A DNA stretch of 55,007 nucleotides, from positions 741,609 to 796,615 of the forward strand of contig ML996702.1 in the NCBI GenBank assembly GCA_010356995.1, written 5' to 3'. The position numbers and the translations under genes were made by a program. Source of the DNA: Trichodelitschia bisporula. Taxonomy: Eukaryota. Shown piece after piece: positions 1 to 12,395 of the stretch. Position 1 is the first letter of the stretch; every line of letters begins with the position of its first letter. The notes under the pieces are model-generated. The model saw only the letters and a program-made list of their open reading frames with translations. It had not been told where the DNA came from and ran no database searches.

Positions 1-1882
1 GCGGTGGGGGGAGACGGTGACTAGCGGTTTTATGGAGAGGGCGTACAGGAGAGGGCCGTGGTGGAGGGCGATGGTGTTGTTGGCGCGCGGCTCAAGGGTG
101 AGGGAGCGGGAGAGGTGGAGGGTGAAGGTTGAGGAGCCGGAGGGGAGGGTGAGGGTGTGCAGGCCGTTGGCTTCGGGGGAGACGCGCGTGAGGTCGGAGC
201 CGGAGGTTATGCTTGCGGAGGTGGACCAGGTGGGGATGCGCAGGTGGAGGATTAGCGGGGACGAGGCGTTGACGGTGTAGGTCAGAACATCGCTGAACGG
301 ATAATCCGTAACACACTCCACACTCATCCCATCCACCTCCAACCGACTCGGCCCGAGCAGCGTATGTGCAAACCCCCCCTCCATCCGCGCCCAACTCCCC
401 GCCAAAAACTTCGGATACCCCTGCGGATGATTAACCGTACAACACGGATAATTCGGCTCGAGGCCATAAATATTCCCCAGCGGGTTGACATTCCAGTACG
501 GCGTCTCGCCGGTGGGAGAATAGGCCCGCAAATCAGCGGCCCATGCCTGGTTTGGCAGGCTTACGTACTGGTGGCCCCAGTGGTCGGGGGTCAGGGCTGC
601 GGGCAGCGCGTTGAAGGCGGCTTTTTCGGCGCGGTCGGCGAGGGAGGGGTCGCCGAGGGCGTGGTAGAGGTAGGTTAGGCTGTAGATTGTTTCGACGGTT
701 GTGCAGAGCTCGGAGCCGTAGTAGGGTCCTAGGCCTTGGAGGCGCTCGTCGGCGAGGATGGTACCGCTGCTGGAGCCGTGGTGCGTGAAGGTCCAGTCTA
801 CGGCGCGGCGGGCGGTGGTTAACTGGGTGGTGTTGGGGGAGAAGCGGTTTATTACGGCGCCGGTTTTGAGGCCTAGGGTTGGATTAGCGGGAGCTTCATG
901 AGGGGAAGGGGAAAAACACACCCTGGCCGACGTTCACGCCGTGTTCGTAGGGGAAGTTGGCGCGGGTGTATTCGAGGGGGACACTATTCAGGTCCTCCTT
1001 GATATACACGCCCTCCTGGTACCACGCCGCCCAATCGATCGCGCCCTCGCGCAGCATCTCCAGATTTTCAAACAGAATCCCCTCCTGGCCCGCGGGGTCG
1101 TTCTCCAGCAGCCAGATCAGCGTAATCATCATATCCGCGACACGCACCCGGCCCCACCCATGATCCTCCTCACTCAGCGTATCCCCGCTCTTGAGCAAAT
1201 ACCCCGCCCCGCCATCGTGTAGCATGCTATTCATAAGCTTCACAAACCGATGCAACGGCGGGAGGACCTCCGCCCTCATGGCGGGCTCAGCCTCGCACAA
1301 CTGGATACACCCCAAGAAAAACGGATATCTTGCCCAGAAATTCCTCGCCGCCCCCGTCTCCGGGCCTATCCACCCATCACTCTGCTGTCTCGCCAACGCC
1401 GCGCGTACCGCATCGCGCACTTGGCCCTTCAGTCTCTCATCGTCCAGCCCATACGCCAGTGGCACGAGCCCGTTGAACCAGTACGGAAACGCCTCGTTGA
1501 GCCCGGAGTACTCCTGGTCGCCGCCAAGCCAGGTGCTGTGCGTTACGAAGCGGTAGAAGTCGGCTTCGTGGCCGGCGAGACCGGAGGCCATGGACTCGAG
1601 TTCGGAGCGCAGCCAGCCGAGGGGTTTGATGGTGCCGAGGGGGAGGGGGGTGTAGAGGAGGGGGGTTAGGGAGTGCTGGGGGGAGGACGGGTCTGCGGAT
1701 GAGGGGACGGCGGTGAGGAGGCCTGTGAGCTGTTAGCTGTGTGCTTTGTGATAGTGGTGACGAGCCGAAGCCGAAACCGACGCAGCCTCGCCGCACCGGC
1801 CGGCTCAGCTCCAAATGATAAACTTACCCGCCAGCAAGACCCAATACCATCGCACAAGGAAGAATGAAAGCAGCAAAGCCAT
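1..1882 (-). CDS. Secreted glycoside hydrolase family 127 (DUF1680, beta-L-arabinofuranosidase-like); runs off the window start
   Basis: Exon 1 MALLLSFFLVRWYWVLLAG (signal-peptide-like, ATG 1882, GTAAGT donor ~1827). It continues ...PLGTIKPLGWL...EAFPYWFNGLVPLAY..., then after further introns HGVNVGQG, GSELCTTVE and EPNYPCCTVNHPQG (GH127 Zn-binding/catalytic Cys motifs). Confidence 0.85.
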
Positions 1883-2907
1883 GACCAAAACAATGCGCCA
1901 ACGCCGGTGTCTCTCGCGCCTCTTCCTCTCCTCCCTCCACCCCGCGCCGCCGTCCCCGCCCACACCTTTAAGCAACGGCATCCGCTCATCGTCACCCCCT
2001 CCCCTCCCAACACACAAGGCCGCTCTCCCACAACATCCCCGCGCCTCCCCCATCGGGTTCCGTGCGTGATCGCACACAGCAGGCGCGGCCTCACGCATAT
2101 CCGCAATCGTTCCAACGATCCCCAAAACCCACCGGGACCGGGTCGGAACACAGCAAGCACGCGGTAAGCAAAGCAGTTGAGTAGCACTTAACCTTAGCTC
2201 CCAGGAAGAAGGAACCGCTTCCCAGACGAAAATCGTCCAGCAAGCACCTTCTATACTCGCCGGTGCCACAGCAGGGGTGACAGGGCGCGTGGTTCAACGA
2301 GCGCCTCCCGCCGAAACCGCGCCAAGGGTACCCCGCATGGGCGCAGCCCGGTTGTGTGGAGAGACGGGAAGGCGCGTGCCTTGCATGGCACGGAGCCACC
2401 CTGGGGATCGTCACGAGTTGTGCAAGGGCAGGGATGCTCCAGCTCGTGTGCCGCTTTCCCCGGGTGTTCGGGAATGCGAACTGCCGGATTCAGCAACAGC
2501 AGCCAGCGAAGCGGCTCATTCGGAACGTAGCAAGCGCCGGATACAAACCTCATCATCACTTCGGCCCCCGGGACAGGGGATCCCGATGCGGCAGTCCGTG
2601 ATGTTTGCTTTCTATTTTAGCCTCTTAGCTGGAAGAAGCAGTCCCAAACTTAGGTATCCATCTTAAGCCTCCCTAGTCGCCATGCATCCCGTCCGCAGAT
2701 CGTGACGCAGCGTGACAAACATCGTCAGATCGCAATCGCCCGTTCGTAAGACCACAACCGCCCAAACTCCGCCCATCGCTCCTAAATGCATCAACCACGA
2801 CATGCCCTCCGTGCCACCTACCCAACCAACACCAACCGTTGCACCGCACACCACACAGCCCCCCCCCACGCGCGCTCACCCGGCCCCCAGATCCAACCAA
2901 TTCCCTC

Positions 2908-4731
2908 CTAAAAAATCTCCCCGCCCCCAATATCCCGACTATCCATCGCAAAAATCTCCAGCGTCCGACACGCCTCCTCAAACCCCACCACGCGCACCGC
3001 CTTCCGCCCCGTCTCCCCATCAACCTCATCCCCAATCTCAAAGCAATGCGTGCCAACACCAATCCACCTCAGCCCCTCGACCTTGCCTAGCCTGACTCCG
3101 ATCCCCACGGCGTGCATCTCGACCCCAATCCTGTTGAACAGGTCCCAGAACGGGCCCGACCTTACCAGCACCCGCAGCGCCTTGAGCCGCGGCGCCGCGG
3201 CCATGAGCGCGGCCGTCGGCTCGAAGCCTGGATCCTCTAAAGCGACGCCCAGCTGCTCGAGCTGCGGGCAGCTGGCCAGCAACTGCTTGACCGCCGTGAT
3301 GGAGAGCGGCCACCTATCCGGGAGCAGCAGTTTCTTGATAGTGCAGCCGTGGCGCGTGATCACAGCGGCGATGAAGTCAGACGCTGCATTCACGCAGTCC
3401 GGCACGGAGAGGGGTGCCGACGCGGGCGATACGGGGCTCGTGGCATCGGAGGGGGCGGGCGTGGGAGGCGTGGTTTGCGCGGCGCTGACCATGTATATCT
3501 CCTCCAGGCCTGAGAAGACGGTTATGGGGGAGGAGGCACCGAAGTTGATCCGGTCGCTGCGGTAGCGCTTTAGACTCTTGACTGCCTTGAGGTGTTCGGG
3601 ATCGGCGCGCCAGGTGTTGTCGACGAAGACGGTGGTTGGGTCGGAGCGGTCGATGCCGTTGATCATGGTCATGGATTCGAGTTTGGTGAGATCGACTGCG
3701 CGTTTGATGACTGAGTCTTCGCGTGCGTAGAGGTTTTTGAAGGAGATGTGCTGCAGTTGCAGTTTGACGCCTGCGGCTACGCATCGCCCGAAGTAGGAGT
3801 GTAGTGACACGCTTGTCTCCCGCTCTTCGCGGATGCGCGCGCTCCACTCTAGTCGCAGATCTTGCAGCTTTTGTGCGTGTAGGAGGAGGACTGAGACGTC
3901 GTCGGGGTAGCATAGGGGATCGATATCGATGAGGTGGAGGTAGAGCAGTGTGGGTATCGCAGGGATGACGACCGACGGGCGCGGTATGCGACTCTTGGGG
4001 AACTTCAGCGTCAGCGACGTAAGCTGGTGACTCGCGAGGCCCTGATAAACAGTGCTGAGGGGCTTAGTGTTGAGCTCCCAACTATTCCGTCAGCTCTGCC
4101 TCTCGCAAAAGGCGCGACCCCCTCACGCGCAGAAAACGTACCTGAATGCCCTCAAATTAACCATCTTCTCCACCGCCGCCTTAACCACAATATTCAACAT
4201 CATAGTATTATCCGGCACCCTCCCCCTCCGAAAGTCTTCCACATCCACCTCCTTCCACTCCCCACACAACCTCAACCTCTTCACATACCCCGCATACCCC
4301 CTACTCGCCAACCCATCCAACGCCGCCGCAAACGGACTCCCCCCCCCAAACCCCTCCGGCCGTCCGTCCCGATACCGCATCTCCGTATAACTCCGCAACG
4401 TCACCCGCTCGTACAATCGTGGCAGCGTCATGTAGTAAAGCAACTTGCTCGCGCGCGTCACGCGCGCCAGATCACCCAAATCATCTAACTGCTGCCGTCA
4501 GCCTCCGTCCTCAGACCTTCAATGCAAACCCACATATCCGAGTATAACATGCACGACCGCCAGCGGCAGGCCCTTACTCCGCTCCCCGACGCGGTACACG
4601 GCCGCCGGACTCGTTGCGGCGACTTGGAGCGGGATCTGGTGCTGGGGCGGGAGGGTGCGCTTGCGCTTATTCGAGCGTCGCGGTTGCTGCAGTGGAGCGC
4701 CGCGTGACGCGGGATTGTTGAGCGCAGACAT
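2908..4731 (-). CDS. F-box domain protein with LRR-like C-terminal region
   Basis: ATG 4731; LPLAVVHVILGY|LDDLGDLARVTRASKLLYYMTLPRLY (F-box) joined across a GT..GCTGAC..CAG intron; second intron ~4082-4141; LRR-like LLASCPQLEQLG; stop at 2908. Confidence 0.8.
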
Positions 4732-4945
4732 GTGGGCTTGCGGATGCGGAAGAATGACGATGTTGTGCTGTGTTCTGCCGATGCGGTTCTGGGCAGCCTG
4801 GTTGTTACGCGCGCTAGCCGGGGGGTGGTTGCGCCGTGCCGATGACCGGGTTTTACGGGGATTAGACGAGCTCGACTGATGGGCATTACAAGAATAATTG
4901 CAGTTCGGAATGCATCTATTGAATCGTTCATATCCATTCCGTAGA

Positions 4946-5008
4946 ACCAGATTCTTACGCCGCCCATAGAGGACCAGGTCCTTACGCCGCCCACAGAGAA
5001 CCAGGCCC
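4946..5008. repeat. 27-bp tandem repeat, ~2.5 copies
   Basis: accagattcttacgccgcccataga / accaggtccttacgccgcccacaga / accaggccctt. Confidence 0.7.
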
Positions 5009-6790
5009 TTAATGCCGCTCCATGAAGAACCAGGGCATCCTCTCTCCAAACGCCGTACTTGGGTATTCGAAAGGCGGAACAATAACTCCCTCAAACGCCT
5101 TGCCTAAGTCGCTCAGATCCCGATCCGAAGCATCGACGGGAAAGATGACCCCGCACTCCCAATTACTACAAGTCAACTTCAGAGAGGCTTTCGGCTGAGT
5201 GAGCCGGCCCCACGCGCTCGACGAGCAGTTCGCACTACCAGCGTACACCCACGCCACCTTCTCCTTGTCCTTGTTGTGACCACGGGCAAACAACAGCTTG
5301 TTGTGGCTAAGCAGCCCGGGACGGGTCGACACATAGTCACGGAATATACCGTGGGGAAATGTCGGCTTTTCCCAGTAGCTACGCTGAAAGCACACGGTGC
5401 CGCCGTTCCTTATTCCACCCCGGCTGCGGGCTACCGTGTCGTGGGTCGGGAAGTAAAGCCGGAAGTGATCTGAGTGCTTGGACGCAGCGAGGCGAGCCTT
5501 TGCTTCGCTAGGCATGGTAAATTTTCCCTGGGCGGCGCGGTAGATGTTGGATATGTACAGATCATCGAGGCTGCCGATCGAGGAGGCAGCGAAGTCGACT
5601 TCAGTATCCTCTGTCTGGAGACCTAGGTTTTTGATGGCCCTCGCCAGACCGGGAAATCCAGTGCGGAGCGCGTCCACGTCCATGTTGCCGCCGTAAATGC
5701 TGTGGACAAAGGCGAGATGGTTGGTCTTTGAGAAATCGAAGTTGAGCACGCCCTTCCAAACCCTTTCTTGGAGACCTTGCGCCTTAATGAAGTGCAGCAG
5801 CTCTTTCCCAAAGAATGTAAGATCGTCCTCCGACTGAAGCACTTCCCCATTTGAAGTCTGTCCGAGGCGCGGCAGATCGATGAGGAACACGGTGTTTTCC
5901 ATGATCCCGGTCTCGCCCCAATCGAAATCAAGGAGGTTCGCTGAAGGAACTACAATGCGCATGTGCGTCTCATAGAACAACAGCATGAGTTTGGAGTGCA
6001 TGCATGTGTATGGCCCCATCTGTGGAGGAAAACAGAGTCGAACATTGGGCAAGCCCCAGGCAGCGAGTTCCCGTGTCGTGTTTTCCCTGTCGAGTGCCGT
6101 TTTGCCCTGCATCACCAAGACCATGTTTGTTGTGAGCATATCAAGTTTTGAAAAGAACCACGGAACATCCCACATAAAGGCGCTGAAAACAGCCGTCTTG
6201 AGTCGCTCCTTAACAAGTACCTCTTCGATTGTAATGTCGTCAGGCGTTGGGTTGGCTGGGTCCCGCGTGCGCTTGAGGACTCCGTTGGGATATCGGAGGC
6301 CCGTTAACGGTGCGCTCGTGCCGTTGTCCAGTGTACGCGTGTCTGCCTTTGCCTTGAAGTTGTTCGGACCAGTACGAGGCCGCTTGACCTCTAGGTTATC
6401 GCGACGCAGCGGCGGCGGAGAGATAGACTTATCACGCTTACGCGCTGCCTGCCGCGCAAGGCGTTCTTCTTCCATCGCTTTGCGGTCGAGGCCGAGGAGA
6501 GGATTCGCTGACAACGAGGGTTTTACTGGCTGCGGGGCCGGTTGCGTCTCTTGAGCGCGCTCAGAGCTCTGTCGGTGTTAAGAGAGATGGTGCGACGATG
6601 GGAGACTTACCTCAGCATGCTGAGAAGCTTCCTCGGCCTGGGCTGTTTGCATGGACAGCTCAATGGCGTACCGCAGTTCTTCATCGTGCTGGTCAACCTC
6701 CGTGGGTGATTGCAAAGAAAGCTCGATTGCCCGCTTCATCTCCTCATCTTCGGAGTCAGAATCCGAGATAACGATCGGCGTTCCCGCCAT
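5009..6790 (-). CDS. Tyrosyl-DNA phosphodiesterase (Tdp1 family, PLD superfamily) with N-terminal UIM-like motifs
   Basis: Two HxK..N motifs (MHSKLMLL...SANL; SHNKLLF...GSANCSSSAWG...NWECGV); EEMKRAIELSL and EELRYAIELSM UIM-like repeats; intron 6569-6610. Confidence 0.9.
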
Positions 6791-7414
6791 CGTGGTGTCT
6801 CTGCGCTGGGCGTCGCAGTGGTAGTTTGCAGTGAGTGGAGTGGCGGGTTGTAGCGAGCGTGCGGTGGATGCTTGTCATGAGCGTCGGGTGTCGGAGCTTT
6901 GGAATTGTGAAGGGCACGTCATGCCGCGAAGCGTGTCTTACATCTTCACGTTAACACGTGATGAGTTGAAGGCCGCGTTATCGATAAGATGGTACTGTGG
7001 AATTGTCTATGCCGTTCTCACCTTCAGGAGATATCGAGGGTTTAGAGATAGAAGTAATGAGATGTAATGGTATCAATGAATGAAACTTGTCGTTCTCTTC
7101 ATTTTTATATGTAGTATAAAGGTATGAGGAGTGTAGCAAAGATTATCATGATTTTTGCGTTTGAAAGAAGATGTTGGGCTACATCTTCTTCGTGATCCTT
7201 AGCAGACCCCCTAACCCTCGAAATCTAAACACTTCAAAATGACCCAAGTCCAACTAACGTTGCGGCATCCAGCCAGGGCAGTTTCCAGCCTTAGAGTATC
7301 ACCTCGTATCTAGACGAGCTCGGTGACGTCTCCGTCCAACGCATTCGTGCGACCTTTCGTTCGTTTTCCTCTCCGCTGAGTGCGTCAACATGCCATCCCA
7401 CTTTGCTTCCGCCA

Positions 7415-7836
7415 TCAACCGCCGTGGAGTGTCGAGACGAAGATGATGTTATCCCCCTTCTGGACCGCATATTCGCCCTCACCCTCAAGCTCCCAGTCGG
7501 CCTCGTTTATCAAAACGAGGATGCCCGGCCGCCTGAGACGTCAGCTATGTGACTGAGCGATAACAGCAACCTACACAGTATCGTCCAGCACAAAGAGGTC
7601 CTTTCTTGGGTCCTTCATGACGTGCTTGCAGAGATACTCCACCAGGAAGTTGATATTTGCAGGTGCTCCGGAGGCATCTTTGCTAGGCAGCGATATATTG
7701 TGTTTCCGCTTGTTGGAGAAGAGCATCTCAAGACCGCCTCTGCAAGAGTTAGATTTGGCGTCACCGGAGGTGATACGCACGTAAATTCCACAGTTATATC
7801 CATGACATCAACGGTCTCAGGCTTAGTTTCGGCCAT
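7415..7836 (-). CDS. URM1: Ubiquitin-related modifier 1 (sulfur carrier for tRNA U34 thiolation)
   Basis: Three exons: MAETK...[15 protein letters not shown]...[30 protein letters not shown]...FVSTLHGG* with the diagnostic C-terminal TLHGG. Confidence 0.97.
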
Positions 7837-7963
7837 CTTGTATGTGTTCACTCTCTGAGGTTTGGTGCTGGTCGATCAAAAATTCGGTGACTCTTTCCAC
7901 GTGACGTCCATGGCCAGCACCCTGACAGCATCTTGCTTCTCCAAGATCAAAACATCGTCAACC
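7837..7963. promoter_or_regulatory. Putative bidirectional promoter of URM1/ELP2 with overlapping CACGTG and TGACGT elements
   Basis: 127 bp between divergent start codons; ccacgtgacgtcc at ~7897-7909. Confidence 0.55.
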
Positions 7964-10397
7964 ATGAAGCCTAAACTGAAGGTCAAGCACGAATACATCA
8001 GTGTGGGTGGAAACCGACACCCTGGTGCCGCCGACTGGGACCAATACAATTACACCGACGTTCTAGCTTTCGGTGCAGATAACAACATCGCTTTTTGGGA
8101 GCCTCTAGTACGTTTTGTCTCCAACATCTGTATTTCTCTCGCGAACTGCCGCCTAGACGCAGCTAATGGAGTAGGATCCCAAGAAGGAAGGCATATTCCA
8201 GCTCCTGTCGGGGCATTCGGCTGCAGTGAACGTAGTCAAATTTTTGCCCGGAGATAATCTTCTCAGCGGATCCGATGACAAGACTATCCGACTCTGGCGA
8301 CTAATTCTAGGCAGTGATGGCATCGGCCTGTTCCGCCCGATCAAATGTGTTGATGCCCACCAGTCCTCAGTCAAGTGCATGGCAGTCCTCGGCGGGTCTG
8401 ACATCTTCGTCAGTGGAGCCGCCGACGGGACTGTCCACATATGGAGGCTTGATGGAGACGACATCATTCTCCTGCAGGCCATCTCTCTCTCCCCCAAATA
8501 CTTTCCACTCGCCCTTTCCCTCGCACGGCTTGACGACAAGTCGTATGTTCTGGCTGTTGGGGGCACTCGAAACTCGATCCAGGTCTACACTTCCAAAAAT
8601 GACGAATTCAGCTTGGCGGCTACGCTCTCCGGCCATGAAGGCTGGATCCGATCGCTCGCATTTACGAAGGAGCTCGACTCAGACGATCTCCTGCTCGCCT
8701 CTGCCAGCCAGGACCGGTACATCCGGCTCTGGCGAGTCCACCAGGGACTGGACCTCCCCGCAAGCCGCGCCGCAGATCCAACCCTCGGCATTCTAGGCAA
8801 GTCCCTCTCCAACAAAGCCCATCGCTTCGAAGTGAACGAGCAGAAATACTCTGTAACGTTCGAAGCACTTCTGCTCGGCCACGAAGACTGGATCTTCTCC
8901 GCCTCGTGGCACACCTCAGACGGCAAACTGCAGCTCCTCACCGCATCAGCCGACAACTCGCTCTCAATATGGGAAGTCGACCCGCAGTCTGGTATCTGGA
9001 TGTCCGTCGCCCGCCTCGGCGATGTCAGCGCGCAAAAGGGCTCAACGACTGCAACCGGCAGCACCGGCGGCTTTTGGACAGGCCTGTGGTCGCCGGAGGC
9101 AGACGCCGTTGTCAGCCTTGGCCGTACGGGCAGCTGGCGGCTCTGGCGGCGGGGCGAGCAGTGGACGCAAGACGTTGGTGTAAGTGGCCACACCGGCGAG
9201 GTCAAGGCGCTGTCGTTCGCCGGTCACACCTACATGCTGTCGACGGGATTCGACCAGACAACACGCCTGCACGCCGAGTGGGAGCGCGATGGTCTTAAGT
9301 CGTGGCACGAGTTTTCGCGGCCGCAGATCCATGGGTACGATCTCAACTGTATTGCGTCCGTCGACGGGACGCGCTTCGTGTCTGGCGCGGACGAGAAGCT
9401 GCTTCGCGTGTTTCAGGAGCCGGCCGCGGTGGCAGATATGCTGCACCGACTATGCGACATCGTTCTCCCAGATGGCCCACTGCCAGATGCAGCGAACATT
9501 CCGGTCCTCGGTCTCTCGAATAAAACCATTGAAGACGCCGCGGACGAGGAAAACCCCACCCCCGCACCGCACAAAGCCGTGTATGATCTCTCCCACCCGC
9601 CCCTCGAAGACCAGCTTGCCCGGCACATGCTCTGGCCCGAGGTCGAGAAGCTCTACGGCCACGGCTACGAGATCTCTGCTGTCGCGGCCAGCGAAGACGG
9701 CAGGTTTGTGGCTACGGCCTGTCGTGCGAGCTCCATCGACCACGCCGTCATCCGCCTCTACGACACGAGGGACTGGTACGAGATTAAACCGGCCCTGCGC
9801 GCGCACTCGCTTACCGTCACGGCGATGGAGTTTTCATACAAGAACGAGTTTCTGCTGTCCGTGGGGCGCGACCGGCAGTGGGCGCTGTGGAAGAAGAATA
9901 AGCGGGAGGAGTGGGGGCTGGGCTTCTCAAATCCTAAGGCGCATGCACGGATGATTCTGGATGCGGCGTGGGCGCCTCCGTGTGCTGGTCTGGTGTTTGC
10001 GACGGCGGGGAGGGACAAGGTGGTTAAGGTCTGGGAGGTGGGTGATGAGGAGGTGCAGTGCGTGACGACCATCACTGCAGAGCATCCCGTCACTGCGGTG
10101 GCGTTCCACCACCTGCCGATCTGCGATAGTCCTATTCTAGCCTATGGGCTGGAGACGGGCGGCATTGTGCTGTGTCGTTTACGGCCATCATCACTGGAGA
10201 TGATGGTAAGCTTCCAAATGGATGCTTTGCTTGCACCTTCCAAGGCGGTGAATCAACTCGCTTGGAGATTCGGCAACCTCGGGAACACTTACTTAGCAGC
10301 GGCAAGCGACGACACGTCGGTACGAGTTTTCAACGTGGACGTGTGTGCTATTTGCGGGGTAAATCTGGATCCGGACTATAATTCCGACGATGAGTAA
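7964..10397 (+). CDS. ELP2: Elongator complex subunit 2 (WD40)
   Basis: EYISVGGNRHP start; intron 8108-8174; GHEGWIRSL, FEALLLGHEDWI, WHEFSRPQIHGYDLNC, LWPEVEKLYGHGYEI motifs. Confidence 0.96.
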
Positions 10398-10637
10398 ATG
10401 TCGTGTAGCAAGCCCACGTGTTGTGGCGTTGTCATTCGTAGGGCGTGGAAGGCTGAGCTAGTCAAGTACATGTGCTGAGTTACATAAGAGACATCAGAGC
10501 CCCACAAGAGTTTCTGACCTCAAACAAACTCGCGACAAAACATTGCAGAGCGCATTTGCACAGTTCACCTATGCCAGATATCACAATGGAGAGACACTAT
10601 CATTACTACAACCTCGTGGATATTCGCTCCGCCCGCC

Positions 10638-12395
10638 CTACGCAATCCAGTACCACACCTTCTCAATGAAGTTCTTCGGGATATGCTCCGGCCATACCTC
10701 GGCATCCAGCGCCGCCTTGCCACTCCAAATATCAGCCTCAGCCGGGTTGACAAACTTGGTGCGCTTGAAGATGCGCCAGAAGAGGTACAGGCCGAAGTAG
10801 ATGGGAATGCCGATGTAAGCGGTCAGGAAATCGCTGACGGTCCAGTTACCCTTGGTGAACACCTTCCACCCGTTGAACACGATGATCATGCCAAAGTAGA
10901 GCAGCGCAAACCACGCCGTGTACGGCTGGAACTTCGACTTGAACACCACGTCCGTGTCGCGGTTGACGCCCTGCGCCAGCATGGCGGACCGGAAGCGCAG
11001 GTACGCAACGCAGATGCTGCACCAGGTGAAGAGCTGCGCGATGGTGGTCAGGTTCTGGAACCAGATGAAGACGTCATTCGCGCCCGTCGACACGCTCATG
11101 TATGTCAGCAGCGAGACCGACGCGGTGATGGCGACGCAGTAGTACGGCACGCCCGTCTTGCTGCACTTGAGCAGGAACTGCGGCGCTTGCTTGATCTGCG
11201 CCACGCCGAAGAGGTAGCGCGAGCCGGTGTACAGGAAGGCGTTGGCGGAAGAAGAGGCGGAGGTCAGGATCACGGCGTTGATGATGCTTGGGAGCACGGG
11301 GATACCAGCGCGGTAGATGGCGATGACCCATGGGGAGGCAGCGGCGCCTACATTGTTAGCACTGACCGTTAAGACAGGGGGAGGATCCTACCGACACCAC
11401 CGTTCAACAACCGGTCGTCGTTCGATGGGACCAGGACACCAATGGCCAGGGAACCGAGCACGTAGAAGAAGAGGATACGCCAGAAGACACGGCGCACCGC
11501 CTTGGGGATGTTGCGGCGCGGATCTTCAGCCTCGCCGGCGGCGACGGCGACCATCTCGACACCACCGTAGCTGAAGGCAGCGTTCACGAGGGTCGAGAAC
11601 AGACCGAGGAAACGGCCGGTGTCGCCCTTGCCGACGTACTCCTTCATCGCGCCGGGATGCTTCCAGTACCGGAACCCAAGACGGTCATGCGACGGCCCAC
11701 CCCCGAGATCGAGGATGAGCGCGAGCAGCAGCAGGCCGACAATGGTTATGATCTTGATACTAGCGAAGATGAACTCAGCCTCGCCGTAAATGGACACGGC
11801 GAAGATGTTCAAGCACACCACCAACACGATGATGATGGTGATCCAGGCCGCCATGTTGATCTCGTCGTTCCAGAACCCAATGACGATAGCCGCGGCCGAA
11901 ATCTCAGCGCACAGCGTGATTGCACTCTGGTACCAGTTGTTCCATCCCACGGCGAAGCCCATGGCGGGGTCGACGTAGCGCGCGCAGTACTGCGGGATCG
12001 CACCCGGCAGCGGCAGCCAGGTGGCCATTTCGCCGAGGCACTGCATCATGGCGAAGACGGCGAGGCCGGTGAAGGAGTATCCGAGCAGGACGGACAGCGG
12101 CCCGGCCTTCGCGAACGCAGTGCCGATACCGAGGAAGAGACCTGTGCCGATGGTGCCTCCGAGGGCGATGAACTGGATGTGGCGCGATTTGAGCCTTGAT
12201 GGTCAGCGACGACGGCCAACCAAACGGAAGGACAACTCACCCTCGCTGCACGTAGCCGTACTCCTCGGCCTGCTGGATGTTGCCATACAAGTCGGCCGCC
12301 TCGGCGATGCCAACGCTGCCCTTGCGCATAGGCTGCTCGCCGTGGTGGGCGGGCGTCTCGGCCGCATCGTACTCCTGCTTCTCTTTGTCGGACAT
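10638..12395 (-). CDS. Amino-acid permease (APC superfamily, YAT family; proline-permease-like)
   Basis: YGYVQRG|LKSRHIQFIALGGTIGTGLF, AAFSYGGVEMVAVAAGEAEDPRRNIPKA; two short introns (~12197-12240, ~11351-11391). Confidence 0.93.
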
